The notes: generated from the sequence alone by a model not told the origin. 64,000 nt of DNA from an uncultured Pelagibacteraceae bacterium (GCA_902584015.1 CACHYG010000001.1:18263-82262), one strand, 5' to 3'. Shown: positions 1-11,078, numbered from the stretch's first letter. Numbers and translations are program-made.

Positions 1-1225
1 TTATAAACTCTATCTTGCTTATTTTATTTTGATTTTTCTTAATATAATAATTTAGGAGGTTTGCTTTGAGTTTTTCACTAGTTTGGAATCTTACATCATC
101 TATTAATGAAGCTAAATCATAAGCTTTATTGCCTACAACTGCATCCTGCGAATCTAAAATGCCATAAGAATTTTTATATGAAATTATATTAGATATGTGA
201 AAATCTCTATGTACGAATGTATCACTTTTTAACTTAATATTTCGGAGTAAAGATTTAATTATTTTTTTTAAATTTAAATTAATTCTTTTTGTCTCTTTTT
301 TATTTTTATTAGAAGTTACATACCAATCACAAAAGATTTTCGCCTCATTAAAAATTTTCATTTTTGTGTACTTAGGAATTTTATAATAATTTCCCATAAA
401 ATTTTTTACCTTAAATGGTTTAATTCTTTGAATTTTGAGTAAATATAAAATTATGTTTTTATAAATTTTAAAAGTTTTATTATTTTTTTTATTTGAAAAT
501 ATATCAAAAACTGTTTGTTTTCCTAGATCTTGTATTTCAATATAATTATTTTTATAATTTTGAAAATAAAGTTTTGGAGCAAAAATTTTATTTTTGATTA
601 AATATTTATTAATAGCATCGTAATCCAAAAGATTTTTTTTTTTATCTTTTTTACAATAAACAATAATAGAACTTTTTTTTCCTCTGTACTTTCTCAAAAA
701 TATTCTAAATGATGCATCACCTTTAATCTGAACATATTTATTATCTCTTAAATTTTCTTTAATTTCGAGGTCAAAAATTATTTTTTTTATTTTTAAAAAT
801 CTTTTATTTGTATTTTTATTGTATTCAAAAAATAGTTCATATCTATTTTTAGGTTTAGATATTATTTTTTCAGGCCATTCAATTAGTGTGAGTTTACTTT
901 TAAAATCTTCAAACAATCCAGTATTTTGAAGATCTTTTGCCTTTTCAATCCTAAACAAGTCAAAATGGTTTATAATTAAATTTTTTACCTCATATTCGTT
1001 CATAATATTAAAAGTTGGGCTAGTTACTTCACTCAAGGATTTTTTTGATCTTCTTTGGAAGTGGTTAATCAGATATCTTACAAATGTAGTCTTTCCTGCC
1101 CCAATTTCTCCATAAAGGAAAACCACGTCTCCTTTGTTAAGAAGTCTTGAAAAAATTTTAGCTAAAGAGGCAGTTTTTTTTTCTTTAGAAATATCAATTT
1201 TGCTACTGTTAGTAGCGATACGCAT
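1..1225 (-). CDS. tsaE: TsaE (YjeE) t6A ATPase fused in frame to an AmgK-like/aminoglycoside phosphotransferase-family kinase; 3'-partial (runs off window)
   Basis: Hand translation from ATG at 1225: [11 protein letters not shown]...[14 protein letters not shown]...EVTSPTFN...HFDLFR...LIEWPE (TsaE motifs). The same frame then gives [10 protein letters not shown]...IEIQDLG...HRDFHISN...[24 protein letters not shown] (AmgK/APH motifs). Probably absent from the ORF track because there is no stop in the window. Confidence 0.85.
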   Translation of the reverse strand, partial: MRIATNSSKIDISKEKKTASLAKIFSRLLNKGDVVFLYGEIGAGKTTFVRYLINHFQRRSKKSLSEVTSPTFNIMNEYEVKNLIINHFDLFRIEKAKDLQNTGLFEDFKSKLTLIEWPEKIISKPKNRYELFFEYNKNTNKRFLKIKKIIFDLEIKENLRDNKYVQIKGDASFRIFLRKYRGKKSSIIVYCKKDKKKNLLDYDAINKYLIKNKIFAPKLYFQNYKNNYIEIQDLGKQTVFDIFSNKKNNKTFKIYKNIILYLLKIQRIKPFKVKNFMGNYYKIPKYTKMKIFNEAKIFCDWYVTSNKNKKETKRINLNLKKIIKSLLRNIKLKSDTFVHRDFHISNIISYKNSYGILDSQDAVVGNKAYDLASLIDDVRFQTSEKLKANLLNYYIKKNQNKISKIEFI

Positions 1226-2495
1226 CTGGTTTGTATGGACCCTCTGGTTTTACACTTATATAATCTGCTTGATCTTTTGATAATGGTGTTAGTTTAGCTC
1301 CGACTTTTTCTAAGTGTAATCTTGCGACTTTTTCATCAAGATGTTTTGGCAACACATAAACTTTTTTCTCATATTTTTCAGAATTATTCCATAATTCAAT
1401 TTGAGCTGTAACTTGGTTAGTAAATGATGCACTCATAACAAAACTAGGGTGGCCAGTTGCACATCCTAAATTTACTAATCTTCCTTCAGCAAGCAAGATT
1501 AATCTTTTATTATCTGGAAAAGTAATCTCATGAACTTGAGGTTTTATTTCATCCCACTTATAATTTTTTAATGCCTCAACTTGTATTTCATTATCAAAGT
1601 GCCCAATATTACATAGGATTGACCTGTCTTTCATGGCTCTCATGTGATCAGCTGTAACTATATCTTTATTACCAGTAGCAGTAACAACAATATCTGCTTG
1701 AGAAATCATATCATCCATAAGAACAACTTCATATCCCTCCATTGCTGCTTGAAGTGCACAAATAGGATCTGTTTCTGTTATCATCACTCTTGCGCCGCTT
1801 TGTCTCAAAGATGCTGCACTACCTTTTCCAACATCACCAAACCCAGCAACAATTGCCACTTTTCCTGACATCATTATGTCAGTTGCTCTCTTTATACCGT
1901 CAACTAAACTTTCTCTACATCCATATAAATTATCGAATTTCGATTTTGTTACTGAGTCATTTACATTTATTGCAGGTACCATAAGTGTTCCCTGCTCTTC
2001 CATTTTTTTTAATGCTAAAACACCTGTGGTTGTCTCTTCACTCAAACCTTTTATGTTTTTTAATAATTCCTTATAATCTTTATGCATAAGTGCAGTAAGA
2101 TCTCCACCATCGTCTAATATCATATTTGGTTTCCAGTCTTTTTTACCTTCTATGGTTTGTCTTACGCACCACCAATACTCTTCCTCAGTCTCGCCCTTCC
2201 ATGCAAATACAGGAATACCTGCTTTTGCTATGGCGGCAGCTGCATGATCTTGAGTAGAAAAAATATTACATGAAGACCATCTTACCTCTGCTCCAAGATC
2301 AACTAACGTTTCAATTAACACCGCTGTTTGAATAGTCATGTGTAAACATCCTAATATTTTTGCTCCTTTTAAGGGGGATTTACCTTTGTATTCTTTTCTA
2401 AGTGCCATTAATCCAGGCATTTCTGTTTCAGCTAAAGAAATTTCTTTTCTTCCAAATTCTGCTTGGGATAGGTCTTTTACTTTATAATCTTGCAT
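1209..2495 (-). CDS. ahcY: S-adenosylhomocysteine hydrolase
   Basis: [55 protein letters not shown]-terminal YRY. Confidence 0.98.
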   Translation of the reverse strand: MQDYKVKDLSQAEFGRKEISLAETEMPGLMALRKEYKGKSPLKGAKILGCLHMTIQTAVLIETLVDLGAEVRWSSCNIFSTQDHAAAAIAKAGIPVFAWKGETEEEYWWCVRQTIEGKKDWKPNMILDDGGDLTALMHKDYKELLKNIKGLSEETTTGVLALKKMEEQGTLMVPAINVNDSVTKSKFDNLYGCRESLVDGIKRATDIMMSGKVAIVAGFGDVGKGSAASLRQSGARVMITETDPICALQAAMEGYEVVLMDDMISQADIVVTATGNKDIVTADHMRAMKDRSILCNIGHFDNEIQVEALKNYKWDEIKPQVHEITFPDNKRLILLAEGRLVNLGCATGHPSFVMSASFTNQVTAQIELWNNSEKYEKKVYVLPKHLDEKVARLHLEKVGAKLTPLSKDQADYISVKPEGPYKPDAYRY

Positions 2496-2540
2496 AAGAG
2501 CGATTTTGTAACAGTATAATTTTAAATAATCAACTTTTCA

Positions 2541-4064
2541 TTACACAGAGGGGAAAATTATTTCAATTTTTGCTCCCTTTCCCCTAGAATTGTTACTTGC
2601 GCTAATTGTACCACCGTGAAGATCAATCAAATTTTTCACTATATTTAGGCCTAAGCCTGAATGTTCTCCAAATTTTCCTGGTCTATTGCTATAAAATCTA
2701 TTGAAAATTTTCTTTGTGTCCTTCTCCTTCAAACCTAATCCCTCATCAATTACGTCTAACATTACATTTTTATTATTTTTGTAAAGTTTGACAGTAATAT
2801 TTTTATTATCTTCACTAAAGGAAATTGAATTTTCAAGTAAGTTTGCTAAAATTTGTTCGATTCTATTCTCAATTCCAATAATTTCAATTTTATCTTTTTG
2901 ATTCTTTGCATCTAATGATATTTTTATATTTCGTTTTGACATATAAATACTATTAAAATCATCTACAACAGAGTTAACAATCGGTTTAAGGTCGATTATT
3001 TTCATTTTTTCTTTTGTTAAAGCTACTTCATCTTTTAACATTTGGGAATAATCTGTGATAAGTCTTTCTATTCTTTCAACATCATGACTTAAAATTTTAA
3101 CTAGTTTATCTCTTTGATTTTTATCTTCTGTCTCTGAAATAATCTCAGAAGCACTTTTTAAGGAAGCTAACGGATTTCTAATTTCATGCACAAGATCAGT
3201 AGAGAAATTTTCTGCACTATTCGCTCTTTTTTGAAGTTCATGAGTCATATCGTCTAATGAGTTTGATAAGATTCCTAATTCATCACTTCTACTTTTAAGA
3301 GTCTGAATATTTGTTTTTTTTTTGCTTTTTTCTTTAATGATCTTTGTATAATCAACAAGATTTTTTATAGGTTTTAAAAAATACCTATTTAATACAAAAG
3401 AAAATACTAATATTACTAAAGTTACTAATAAAGCAGTCCTTATAATAAAGTTTTTTCTTTCATCTATAGCTGATTTCACATCGTTTGCTTTTTCGACTAC
3501 CAAAATAAAACCAACGTTTTCATCATTAATAATAAAGTTTTTTAATGTTCCAAGAATAAATAAATTGTAAGTTTCTTTTGTGTAGGTAAATGGTTTTCCG
3601 TAATCTTTAGATAAAGAATATTCTTTAACTATATCTTTAATGGTTTCTTCTTTTTCTTTTTTATAATCTTTTTTTTTATCCTGATCATTTGAAACTATAT
3701 TGTCAAATTCGATTTGCTCAATCTTTTGTGAAAATGATCTGGGATCTAAATCTAATGTATCGGTATCTGCAATTATATCAAAATTTTTATTTATAAACAA
3801 AACCCTATCTAAACTTTGAAATAAAAATCGAGTCGAAAATAAAAATTTTCTTAGATCTTCCTCATTAAATTCTATTTTTAATCTTTTTATATGATCAGTT
3901 GTATTATTTATAACCTCAATGTGGTTAGACGTCTTTTTATAAATTAAATTAGGGATAGAAAATTTTAGATATACCAATGTCAAGATACCTATGATTATAA
4001 ATACAATAAAATTTATGAATAAAAATTTTCTTAAAATTGATAAATTCTTTAACAACGAACCCAT
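2541..4064 (-). CDS. chvG: Sensor histidine kinase ChvG/ExoS family
   Basis: Two TM segments, HAMP domain, H-box DLVHEIRNPLASL, HATPase NLLENSISFS / RFYSNRP / HSGLGLNI; located directly downstream of chvI. Confidence 0.9.
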   Translation of the reverse strand: MGSLLKNLSILRKFLFINFIVFIIIGILTLVYLKFSIPNLIYKKTSNHIEVINNTTDHIKRLKIEFNEEDLRKFLFSTRFLFQSLDRVLFINKNFDIIADTDTLDLDPRSFSQKIEQIEFDNIVSNDQDKKKDYKKEKEETIKDIVKEYSLSKDYGKPFTYTKETYNLFILGTLKNFIINDENVGFILVVEKANDVKSAIDERKNFIIRTALLVTLVILVFSFVLNRYFLKPIKNLVDYTKIIKEKSKKKTNIQTLKSRSDELGILSNSLDDMTHELQKRANSAENFSTDLVHEIRNPLASLKSASEIISETEDKNQRDKLVKILSHDVERIERLITDYSQMLKDEVALTKEKMKIIDLKPIVNSVVDDFNSIYMSKRNIKISLDAKNQKDKIEIIGIENRIEQILANLLENSISFSEDNKNITVKLYKNNKNVMLDVIDEGLGLKEKDTKKIFNRFYSNRPGKFGEHSGLGLNIVKNLIDLHGGTISASNNSRGKGAKIEIIFPSV

Positions 4065-4067
4065 TAA

Positions 4068-4769
4068 TTAACTTACATTCCATCTGTATCCACTACCATA
4101 TCTCGTTTCTATAGCAGAAAAATTCTGATCAACTTTTTTAAATTTTTTTCTTATTCTTTTTACATGACTATCTATAGTTCTATCTTCTATATCAGTATCT
4201 TCTCTATATGCTATATCCATGAGTTGAGATCTTTCCTTGATTATTCCAGGACGTTTTGCTAATTCTTGCACAATTAGAAATTCAGTAGTAGTTAATTTAT
4301 CAGGCAATTGTTTTCCATCCCATTCACATTCCAATTGAGATGGGTCTAGTTTTAACTTTCCATGTGAAATAATATTTTTTGTCTCTTCTACAGAATTTAA
4401 ATTTTTTTTTCTCAGTTGAACTCTTATTCTTTCAATTAAAACCTTAATAGAAAAACCTCCTGATTTTTTTACAAAATCATCAGCACCCAACTTTAACCCT
4501 AGTAGTTCATCAATTTCGTCATCCTTAGAGGTTAAAAAAATTACTGGTAAAGTTGTTTTCTTTCTTAGCTTCTTCAATAATTCTTCCCCATCCATTTTTG
4601 GCATTTTAATATCTATAACTGCTAAATCGGGGGGTTGTCTTGTTAAACCTATTAGTGCACTTTCACCATCCAAATAAGTTTGAACTTTAAAACCCTCTTT
4701 TTCTAATGCTATACTTATACTAGTTAGAATATTTCTATCATCATCAATTAACGCGATTGTTTGATTCAT
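4068..4769 (-). CDS. chvI: OmpR-family response regulator ChvI
   Basis: TIALIDDDRNILTSISIALE, DIKMPKMDG, FLTSKDDEIDELLGL, DRTIDSHVKRIRKKFK are ChvI signatures. Confidence 0.93.
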   Translation of the reverse strand: MNQTIALIDDDRNILTSISIALEKEGFKVQTYLDGESALIGLTRQPPDLAVIDIKMPKMDGEELLKKLRKKTTLPVIFLTSKDDEIDELLGLKLGADDFVKKSGGFSIKVLIERIRVQLRKKNLNSVEETKNIISHGKLKLDPSQLECEWDGKQLPDKLTTTEFLIVQELAKRPGIIKERSQLMDIAYREDTDIEDRTIDSHVKRIRKKFKKVDQNFSAIETRYGSGYRWNVS

Positions 4770-4822
4770 ATGTAGTTATACAAATACTAAATTGTTCTTA
4801 ATTGGGCAAGGTTATGAAAAAA

Positions 4823-7596
4823 TTAATGTAGTAATCCCCAATTATCTCCACTATTTACATCAACTGTTAATGGTGTCGAAAAAGAATGAAGGTCGCTATC
4901 TTTAACACTAGTCATCTCATGTTTGATTAAGTTTGTAAATTTTTTTTCTCTTTCCTTTGGAACCTCAAAAATGAGCTCGTCATGAATTTGGAGTAACATC
5001 TTACAATTTTCCTCTTTGGTCTCATTCATTTTTTTAAAAATTCTTATCATTGCTAATCTCATTATTTCTGCTGCAGATCCTTGGATTGGAGCATTAATTG
5101 CAGCTCTCTCTTGAAAGTTTCTAATATTAAAATTTTTATCATTTATTCCAGTTATGTGACTTCGTCTTCCGAATATATTGTTCACATATCCACTTTTTCT
5201 ACAAAATTTAATAGTTTCATTCATATAATCTTTTATTTCGGGAAATTTGTTAAAGTAAGAACTTAAGAATTCTGCAGCTTCGTTATTTGATACCATAATT
5301 TGTTTTGCTAATCCGTATTGAGAAATTCCGTAAATAATTCCAAAGTTAATTGCTTTTGCCTTTCTCCTCATATCAGAATTTATTTCGCTAATATCTACAT
5401 TGAATACCTGGCTAGCAGTAAGTGAGTGAATATCTTGTTGGTCGTTAAAGGCTTTTTTAATTCTTTTACATCCGCTAGATCAGCTAAAATTCTCATCTCA
5501 ATTTGGTTATAATCGGCTGAAATAAGAATATTTCCTTTTTCAGATACAAATGATTTTCTAATATCTTTTCCATCATCAGTTTTAATTGGAATATTTTGTA
5601 AATTTGGATCACTTGAGGCCAATCTCCCTGTTGTTGTTGCAGCTAGCAAAAAGGATGTGTGAACTCTTTTTGTTTTTGGGTTAATATGTTCTTGTAAAGA
5701 GTCAGAGTATGTATTTTTTAATTTAGAAATTTGTCTCCACTCCAAGACAAGTTTTGGAAACTGATTTCCTTTAAAAGCTAAGTCCTCTAAAACTGATGCA
5801 CTTGTAGCAAAGCTTCCTTTTTTAGTTTTTTTAAGTGATGCTATCTTTAAATCCTCATACATTATTTCTCCCAGCTGTTTTGTAGAAGCAATATTAAATT
5901 TTTTTTTTGAAATTTTGTAAATTTTATCCTCGATTAATGAAATTTTTTTTTCAAATTTTTTTGATAAAATACTTAAAAATTTATTATCTACCTTCACTCC
6001 TTGAATTTCCATATTTGCTAGTATTTCAATTAATGGTTTTTCAAATAATTCATAGATATTTTCAAGTTTTTCATTTATAAGATTTTTCTTTAAAATTTTA
6101 TATAACCTTAATGTTACATCTGCATCTTCTGCAGCATATTCTGTAGCTTTTTGAATTTCTACTTGATCAAATGTAAGTTGTTTTTTTCCTGTGCCAACCA
6201 AATCTTTATATTGGATAGTTTTATGTCCTAGATGAATTTCTGAAAGTGTATCCATATTATGTCTGTTTTTTCCAGCATCAAGGACGTAAGAGATAAGCAT
6301 TGTATCTTCCATAGAATTCATTCTTATTCCTTGATGATAAAAAACTATGTAATCATATTTAATATTTTGTCCAATTTTCTTTATTGATTTATCCTCTAGG
6401 ATAGGTTTGATTTTTCTTATTACTTTATTTGTATCAAGTACTTCTTTACTAATATGCTTCAAAGGTATGTAGCATGATTTACCTACATCTGTAGCAATAG
6501 ATATTCCCACCAATTCAGCTAAATGCGGATTTAAAGATGTTGTCTCTGTATCAATTGATAATTCTCCTTTCTCTTCAGCGTCTAACAGCCACTGGTCTAT
6601 ATCTTCAAGATTAGTAACTAATTTATATTTTTTTCTATCTATTTTTAAATTAATTTCTTGGTTTTTAGAAATGTTGTTATTTTCTGAGAATTTAGTTTCC
6701 CCGTACTGTGAAATTACGCTACTTAAAAGCCTGTTAAACTCCATTTCTCTTAAAAATTCATATAATTTATTTTTTTCAATATCTTTTAGTATGAAATCAC
6801 TTAACTTCGCTTTAACAGGAACATCTTTTTTTAGGGTAACTAGTTTTTTGCTTATAATGGCTTTATCTTTATTTTCTAAAATAGTCTCTCTTCGTTTATT
6901 TTGTTTAATCTCATGGGCTTTAGATAAAAGTTTTTCTAAATTTCCATATTTATTTATTAACTCTGCTGCAGTTTTTACACCAATACCAGGAACACCTGGA
7001 ACATTATCGCTAGTATCACCTGCAAGAGCTTGAACATCTATTACTTTATCAGATTTGACACCAAATTTTTTTATTACATCATTTTCACCTAGAAATTTAT
7101 TTTTCATTGGATCATAAATTCTGACATTTCTATTATATAATTGCATTAAGTCTTTATCAGAAGAAACAATAGTAACTTTTGCCCCAATTTTTGTAATTTG
7201 ATCAACATAAGTAGCAATTAAATCATCCGCCTCATAATTTATTAACTCTATAGATGGTAGATTAAATGCATTTACTGATTTTCTTATAAAATCAAATTGA
7301 GGGATTAGATCGTCAGGTGCTTCAGATCTATTTGCTTTATAATCTTTATATATTTCATTTCTAAAATTTTTTCTCGCTGAGTCAAAAATAACTGCAAAGT
7401 GTGTTGGTTTTTCAAGGTTTTCTTTTGATTTTGAGTCTTCAAGCAACTTGAACAACATATTACAAAAACCATTTACAGCTCCTGTTGGCATCCCATCGCT
7501 TTTTCTGCTTAAAGGAGGTAAAGCATAATATGCTCTAAAGATATATCCAGAACCATCAATTAAATAAAAATGATCGTTTTTTTTAATTTTATTCAT
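4823..7596 (-). CDS. polA: DNA polymerase I (apparent single-base deletion frameshift at about 5453-5458)
   Basis: 5'-3' exo (LIDGSGYIFRAYY, EADD), 3'-5' exo (DTET) and motif A (ADYNQIEMR) lie in ORF 5395-7596. Motifs B/C (RRKAKAINFGIIYG, LLQIHDELIFE) lie in ORF 4823-5371. Adding one A to the A6 run gives LKKAFNDQQDIHSLTASQVF, which joins them. Confidence 0.95.
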
Positions 7597-7646
7597 TAAT
7601 AAATGTTAACTTAATTTATACGAATGTTATAAATGTACAAATCATT

Positions 7647-8576
7647 ATGAAAAAAAAAGATGTTCTATCTGTAAAAAATTTAAGCAAAATTTACTCTAAA
7701 AACAATTCGGGAACAATAAATGCACTAAATAATTTAAACTTAGACGTGAAACAAGGAGAAATTTTTGGGTTATTGGGTCCAAATGGAGCTGGCAAATCAA
7801 CATTTATAAATATTTTAGGTGGAATTGTTATTAAATCTAGTGGCAGTGTAAATGTTTGGGGTTACGATATTGATAAAGACCCAAGACAAGTAAGAGCTTC
7901 ATTGGGAATAGTTCCACAAGAATTAAATTTAGATCCATTTTTTAATCCAAGAAGACTTTTGGAGCTACATGCTGGTATGTATGGAATTAAAAAAAAGGAC
8001 CGAATAACAGATGAAATTTTAAGATTAGTTTCTCTTGAAAAAAACGCAGAAAGCTATGCTAGAAGCTTGTCTGGAGGTATGAAAAGAAGATTATTAATTG
8101 CTAAGGCTTTAGTAAACAAACCGCCAATTTTAATACTTGATGAGCCAACTGCAGGTGTGGATGTTGAACTTAGAAAAAACCTTTGGGAAAATGTCAAACT
8201 TTTAAATAAAATAGGTGTAACAATTATCCTAACAACTCACTATTTAATTGAAGCAGAACAAATGTGTGATCGTATAGGAATTTTAAGTAAAGGTAATTTA
8301 GTTGCTCTTGATACTACTAAAAATTTAATCAATAAAATTCAAACAAAAACCGTTACATTCACGATTAATCAAAAAACAAAAATAGATAAAATACCTTTAA
8401 AATCCTTAAAAATAATATCCCAGACTGAGGATAAATTGACATTATCTTATGAGAAAAATAATCTTAAAATTGATGAAATTATCTCCTATTTTTCAAATAA
8501 AAATATTAATATTTTAGATATTTCAACGGACGATGCTAACATTGAAGATGTTTATACAAATCTAACAAAAAACTAG
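7647..8576 (+). CDS. ABC-2/multidrug-type ABC transporter ATP-binding protein (YadG/DrrA-like)
   Basis: Walker A GPNGAGKST, signature LSGGMKRR, Walker B ILDEPTAGVD, H-loop LTTHY. Confidence 0.9.
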   Translation: MKKKDVLSVKNLSKIYSKNNSGTINALNNLNLDVKQGEIFGLLGPNGAGKSTFINILGGIVIKSSGSVNVWGYDIDKDPRQVRASLGIVPQELNLDPFFNPRRLLELHAGMYGIKKKDRITDEILRLVSLEKNAESYARSLSGGMKRRLLIAKALVNKPPILILDEPTAGVDVELRKNLWENVKLLNKIGVTIILTTHYLIEAEQMCDRIGILSKGNLVALDTTKNLINKIQTKTVTFTINQKTKIDKIPLKSLKIISQTEDKLTLSYEKNNLKIDEIISYFSNKNINILDISTDDANIEDVYTNLTKN

Positions 8577-8608
8577 CTAAAATTTTAAAGAAATTGTATA
8601 ATTTTCTA

Positions 8609-9160
8609 ATGGAAAATATAAGCATATCAAATAACCAAAAATTATTAAAATATTCTGTTATTGTAATTTTTGCTTCTATTTTATTAACCATATCTGCAAA
8701 AATAAAAATACCTTTTTATCCAGTGCCAATGACTATGCAAACCTTTGTGGTTTTATTATTGGGTATGTCTTTAGGATATAAAATGGCATTAGCATCAGTT
8801 ATAGTTTATTTGCTTGAAGGTTTGTTAGGACTGCCGGTATTTTCCAACTCTCCAGAAAAAGGTTTTGGATTGGCATACTTTACAGGGCCAACAATGGGTT
8901 ACTTAATTGGATTTTTGTTTGCAGCTTTTTTTTCTGGTTATTTAAACTTTAAAACTAACATCCTATTTATTTTCTCAAAACTTGTTTTCTCTGTTTTTTT
9001 TATATATTTTTTTGGAGTTATTTGGTTAGGTATTTTAATTGGATTTGATAAACCAATATTTAAACTTGGTGTTGCACCATTTATATATGCCGAGCTTTTT
9101 AAAATTTTATTACTAACTTTTTTAGCAAATCAAATTATTAGAATTAGGAAAGTTATTTAG
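8609..9160 (+). CDS. bioY: Biotin transporter BioY
   Basis: PFYPVPMTMQTFVVLLLG, GLLGLPVF and GPTMGYLIGF BioY motifs; ATG at 8609 chosen over TTG at 8594. Confidence 0.92.
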   Translation: MENISISNNQKLLKYSVIVIFASILLTISAKIKIPFYPVPMTMQTFVVLLLGMSLGYKMALASVIVYLLEGLLGLPVFSNSPEKGFGLAYFTGPTMGYLIGFLFAAFFSGYLNFKTNILFIFSKLVFSVFFIYFFGVIWLGILIGFDKPIFKLGVAPFIYAELFKILLLTFLANQIIRIRKVI

Positions 9161-9710
9161 GAGATCTTTTATATAAAATTCTCTGTAAAGTACGTCTATG
9201 CATCTTTAATCTTCTGGCTGTCTCTGATACATTTCTGTTACATAGCTCAAAAACCCTGTGTATGTGTTCCCACTTTACTCTGTCTGCAGACATTGGATTT
9301 TCAGGAGGTTGAGCTTTACTTTTTGGATCAGCAAGAAGAGCTTTTTCAATATCGTCAGCATCTGCAGGCTTTGCCAAATAATCAATTGCTCCCTGTTTAA
9401 TTGCTGCAACGGCAGTAGGTATATTTCCATATCCTGTAAGCATTATAATTTTGCTTTTACAATTTAATTTTTGAAGTTCTTTTACAACTTCTAGACCATT
9501 GCCATCGCCAAGTCTTAAGTCAACAACTGCAAAAGCTGGATTCTTTGTATTTATTGATGCTATTCCTGATTTTACACCCTCAGCTTGAGAGACTAAGAAA
9601 CCCTTTTTCTCCATAGCTCTGGATAGCCTTTCTCTAAAGGTATTATCATCATCAACTATTAATAACGATTTATCCGCTAAATCTGTTACTTTTTGAACAT
9701 TATTTGTCAT
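9153..9710 (-). CDS. regA: Redox response regulator RegA/PrrA/ActR
   Basis: LTGYGNIPTAVAAIK, PPENPMSADRVKWEHIHRVFELCNRNVSETARRLKMHRRTLQRIL. Confidence 0.95.
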   Translation of the reverse strand: MTNNVQKVTDLADKSLLIVDDDNTFRERLSRAMEKKGFLVSQAEGVKSGIASINTKNPAFAVVDLRLGDGNGLEVVKELQKLNCKSKIIMLTGYGNIPTAVAAIKQGAIDYLAKPADADDIEKALLADPKSKAQPPENPMSADRVKWEHIHRVFELCNRNVSETARRLKMHRRTLQRILYKRSPK

Positions 9711-9839
9711 GAATGCCTATATAGGATTTAAAGTAGAATTTTCAATATGTCATTTTAAGAGGAAATTTCACAGGCTTAATAACATTGAAAATTTTTCTTT
9801 ACTTTAGGAGCCATTTCTCATAATGAGTGGAGAAATTAC

Positions 9840-9871
9840 AAATTTGCATACAAGTTATGCAAATTTTTTTT
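9840..9871 (+). terminator. Intrinsic terminator-like hairpin in the 5' leader of the polyamine operon (possible attenuator or operator palindrome)
   Basis: AAATTTGCATA (9840-9850), loop CAAGT, TATGCAAATTT (9856-9866): a perfect 11-bp inverted repeat running into T8 (9864-9871), about 30 nt before the decarboxylase ATG. Confidence 0.5.
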
Positions 9872-9899
9872 GTTAAATTTTTTTTTGTGGGGTTATAAA

Positions 9900-11078
9900 A
9901 TGGAAAAATTTAAAAGTGTTGACGAACTTGTAAGTCAACTAAAACCAGTTGAACCAATATATTGCATTAGAACAAGTGCAATAAAGCAAGCTTCAAAAAT
10001 TTTCCAAAATAAATTCCCAGGTACAGTTTTATACGCAGTAAAGACCAATCCTCACCCTTTAGTAATAGATACTATTATAGAGAGTGGAATTAAAAATTTT
10101 GATGTAGCATCTTTAAAAGAAATTGAACAAATAAAAAAAATAAATCCAGAGTTGAAGTGTTCTTTCATGCACACTGTTAAATCTAGAGAAAGTATAAAAG
10201 AGGCATATTTTAAACATGGTGTAAAAACTTTTTCATTAGATACAAAAGAGGAGTTAATTAAAATAATTGAAGCAACTAACCAAGCTAAGGATTTAGAATT
10301 ATTTGTTAGAGTTGCTGTTTCAAATGAACATGCAGAAATAGATTTATCAAAAAAATTTGGAGCTTTACATAGTGAGGCTTTAGGCCTTTTAAGATTAACA
10401 AAACAATACGCTAAAAAAATTGGTTTAAGTTTTCATGTTGGATCACAATGTATGCATCCAATATCATATTCGAAAGGAATAGCGGAGATTGGAAATATTA
10501 TAAAAAAAACTAAAATTTCACCAGATTACATAAATATTGGAGGTGGATTTCCAACAATTTATCCTGATCTAATACCACAATCATTAGATAACTATTTTAA
10601 AGAAATTAAAATAGCCTTAGAGAAATTAAAATTTGAAAAAAAACCCGAGATTATTTGTGAACCAGGCAGAGCTATTGTAGCTGAGAGTGGATCAACTATC
10701 GTCAAAGTAATTTTAAGAAAAAAACAAAAACTATACATAAATGATGGAACTTACGGAACATTATTTGATGCAGGAGTTCCAAATATTGTTTATCCTTCAA
10801 GAATGATTCCAATAGGAAGATTGGTTTCAAAAAAACTTACTCCATTTGATTTCTATGGTCCAACTTGTGACAGTATGGATTATATGAAAGGACCATTTAT
10901 TTTACCGAATAACATTAAAGAAAATGATTATATAGAACTTGGTCAACTAGGAGCTTATGGATTAACATTTAGAACTAAATTTAACGGTTTTTATTCCGAT
11001 AGTATTTATGAAGTACAAGATCAGCCTATAATGAGCATGTACAACAAAGATAAAGATAAAGCATTTCTTGTTGCTTAA
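9900..11078 (+). CDS. Alanine-racemase-fold (type III PLP) ornithine/lysine/arginine decarboxylase
   Basis: YAVKTNP (PLP lysine), FDVAS, KKFGA, SFHVGSQC, NIGGGFP, CEPGRA, GPTCDSMD, LGAYG; ATG at 9900. Confidence 0.88.
   Translation: MEKFKSVDELVSQLKPVEPIYCIRTSAIKQASKIFQNKFPGTVLYAVKTNPHPLVIDTIIESGIKNFDVASLKEIEQIKKINPELKCSFMHTVKSRESIKEAYFKHGVKTFSLDTKEELIKIIEATNQAKDLELFVRVAVSNEHAEIDLSKKFGALHSEALGLLRLTKQYAKKIGLSFHVGSQCMHPISYSKGIAEIGNIIKKTKISPDYINIGGGFPTIYPDLIPQSLDNYFKEIKIALEKLKFEKKPEIICEPGRAIVAESGSTIVKVILRKKQKLYINDGTYGTLFDAGVPNIVYPSRMIPIGRLVSKKLTPFDFYGPTCDSMDYMKGPFILPNNIKENDYIELGQLGAYGLTFRTKFNGFYSDSIYEVQDQPIMSMYNKDKDKAFLVA

Noticed and set aside
2496-2540. SAH or SAM riboswitch upstream of ahcY
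   Set aside because: Only 45 AT-rich nt with no recognisable aptamer core or stable pairing.
7647-9160. ABC ATPase plus bioY as a BioMNY-type ECF transporter
   Set aside because: The ATPase has ABC-2/DrrA-type features (VPQELNLDPF, LSGGMKRR, C-terminal extension), not EcfA/BioM features, and no EcfT/BioN gene is present.
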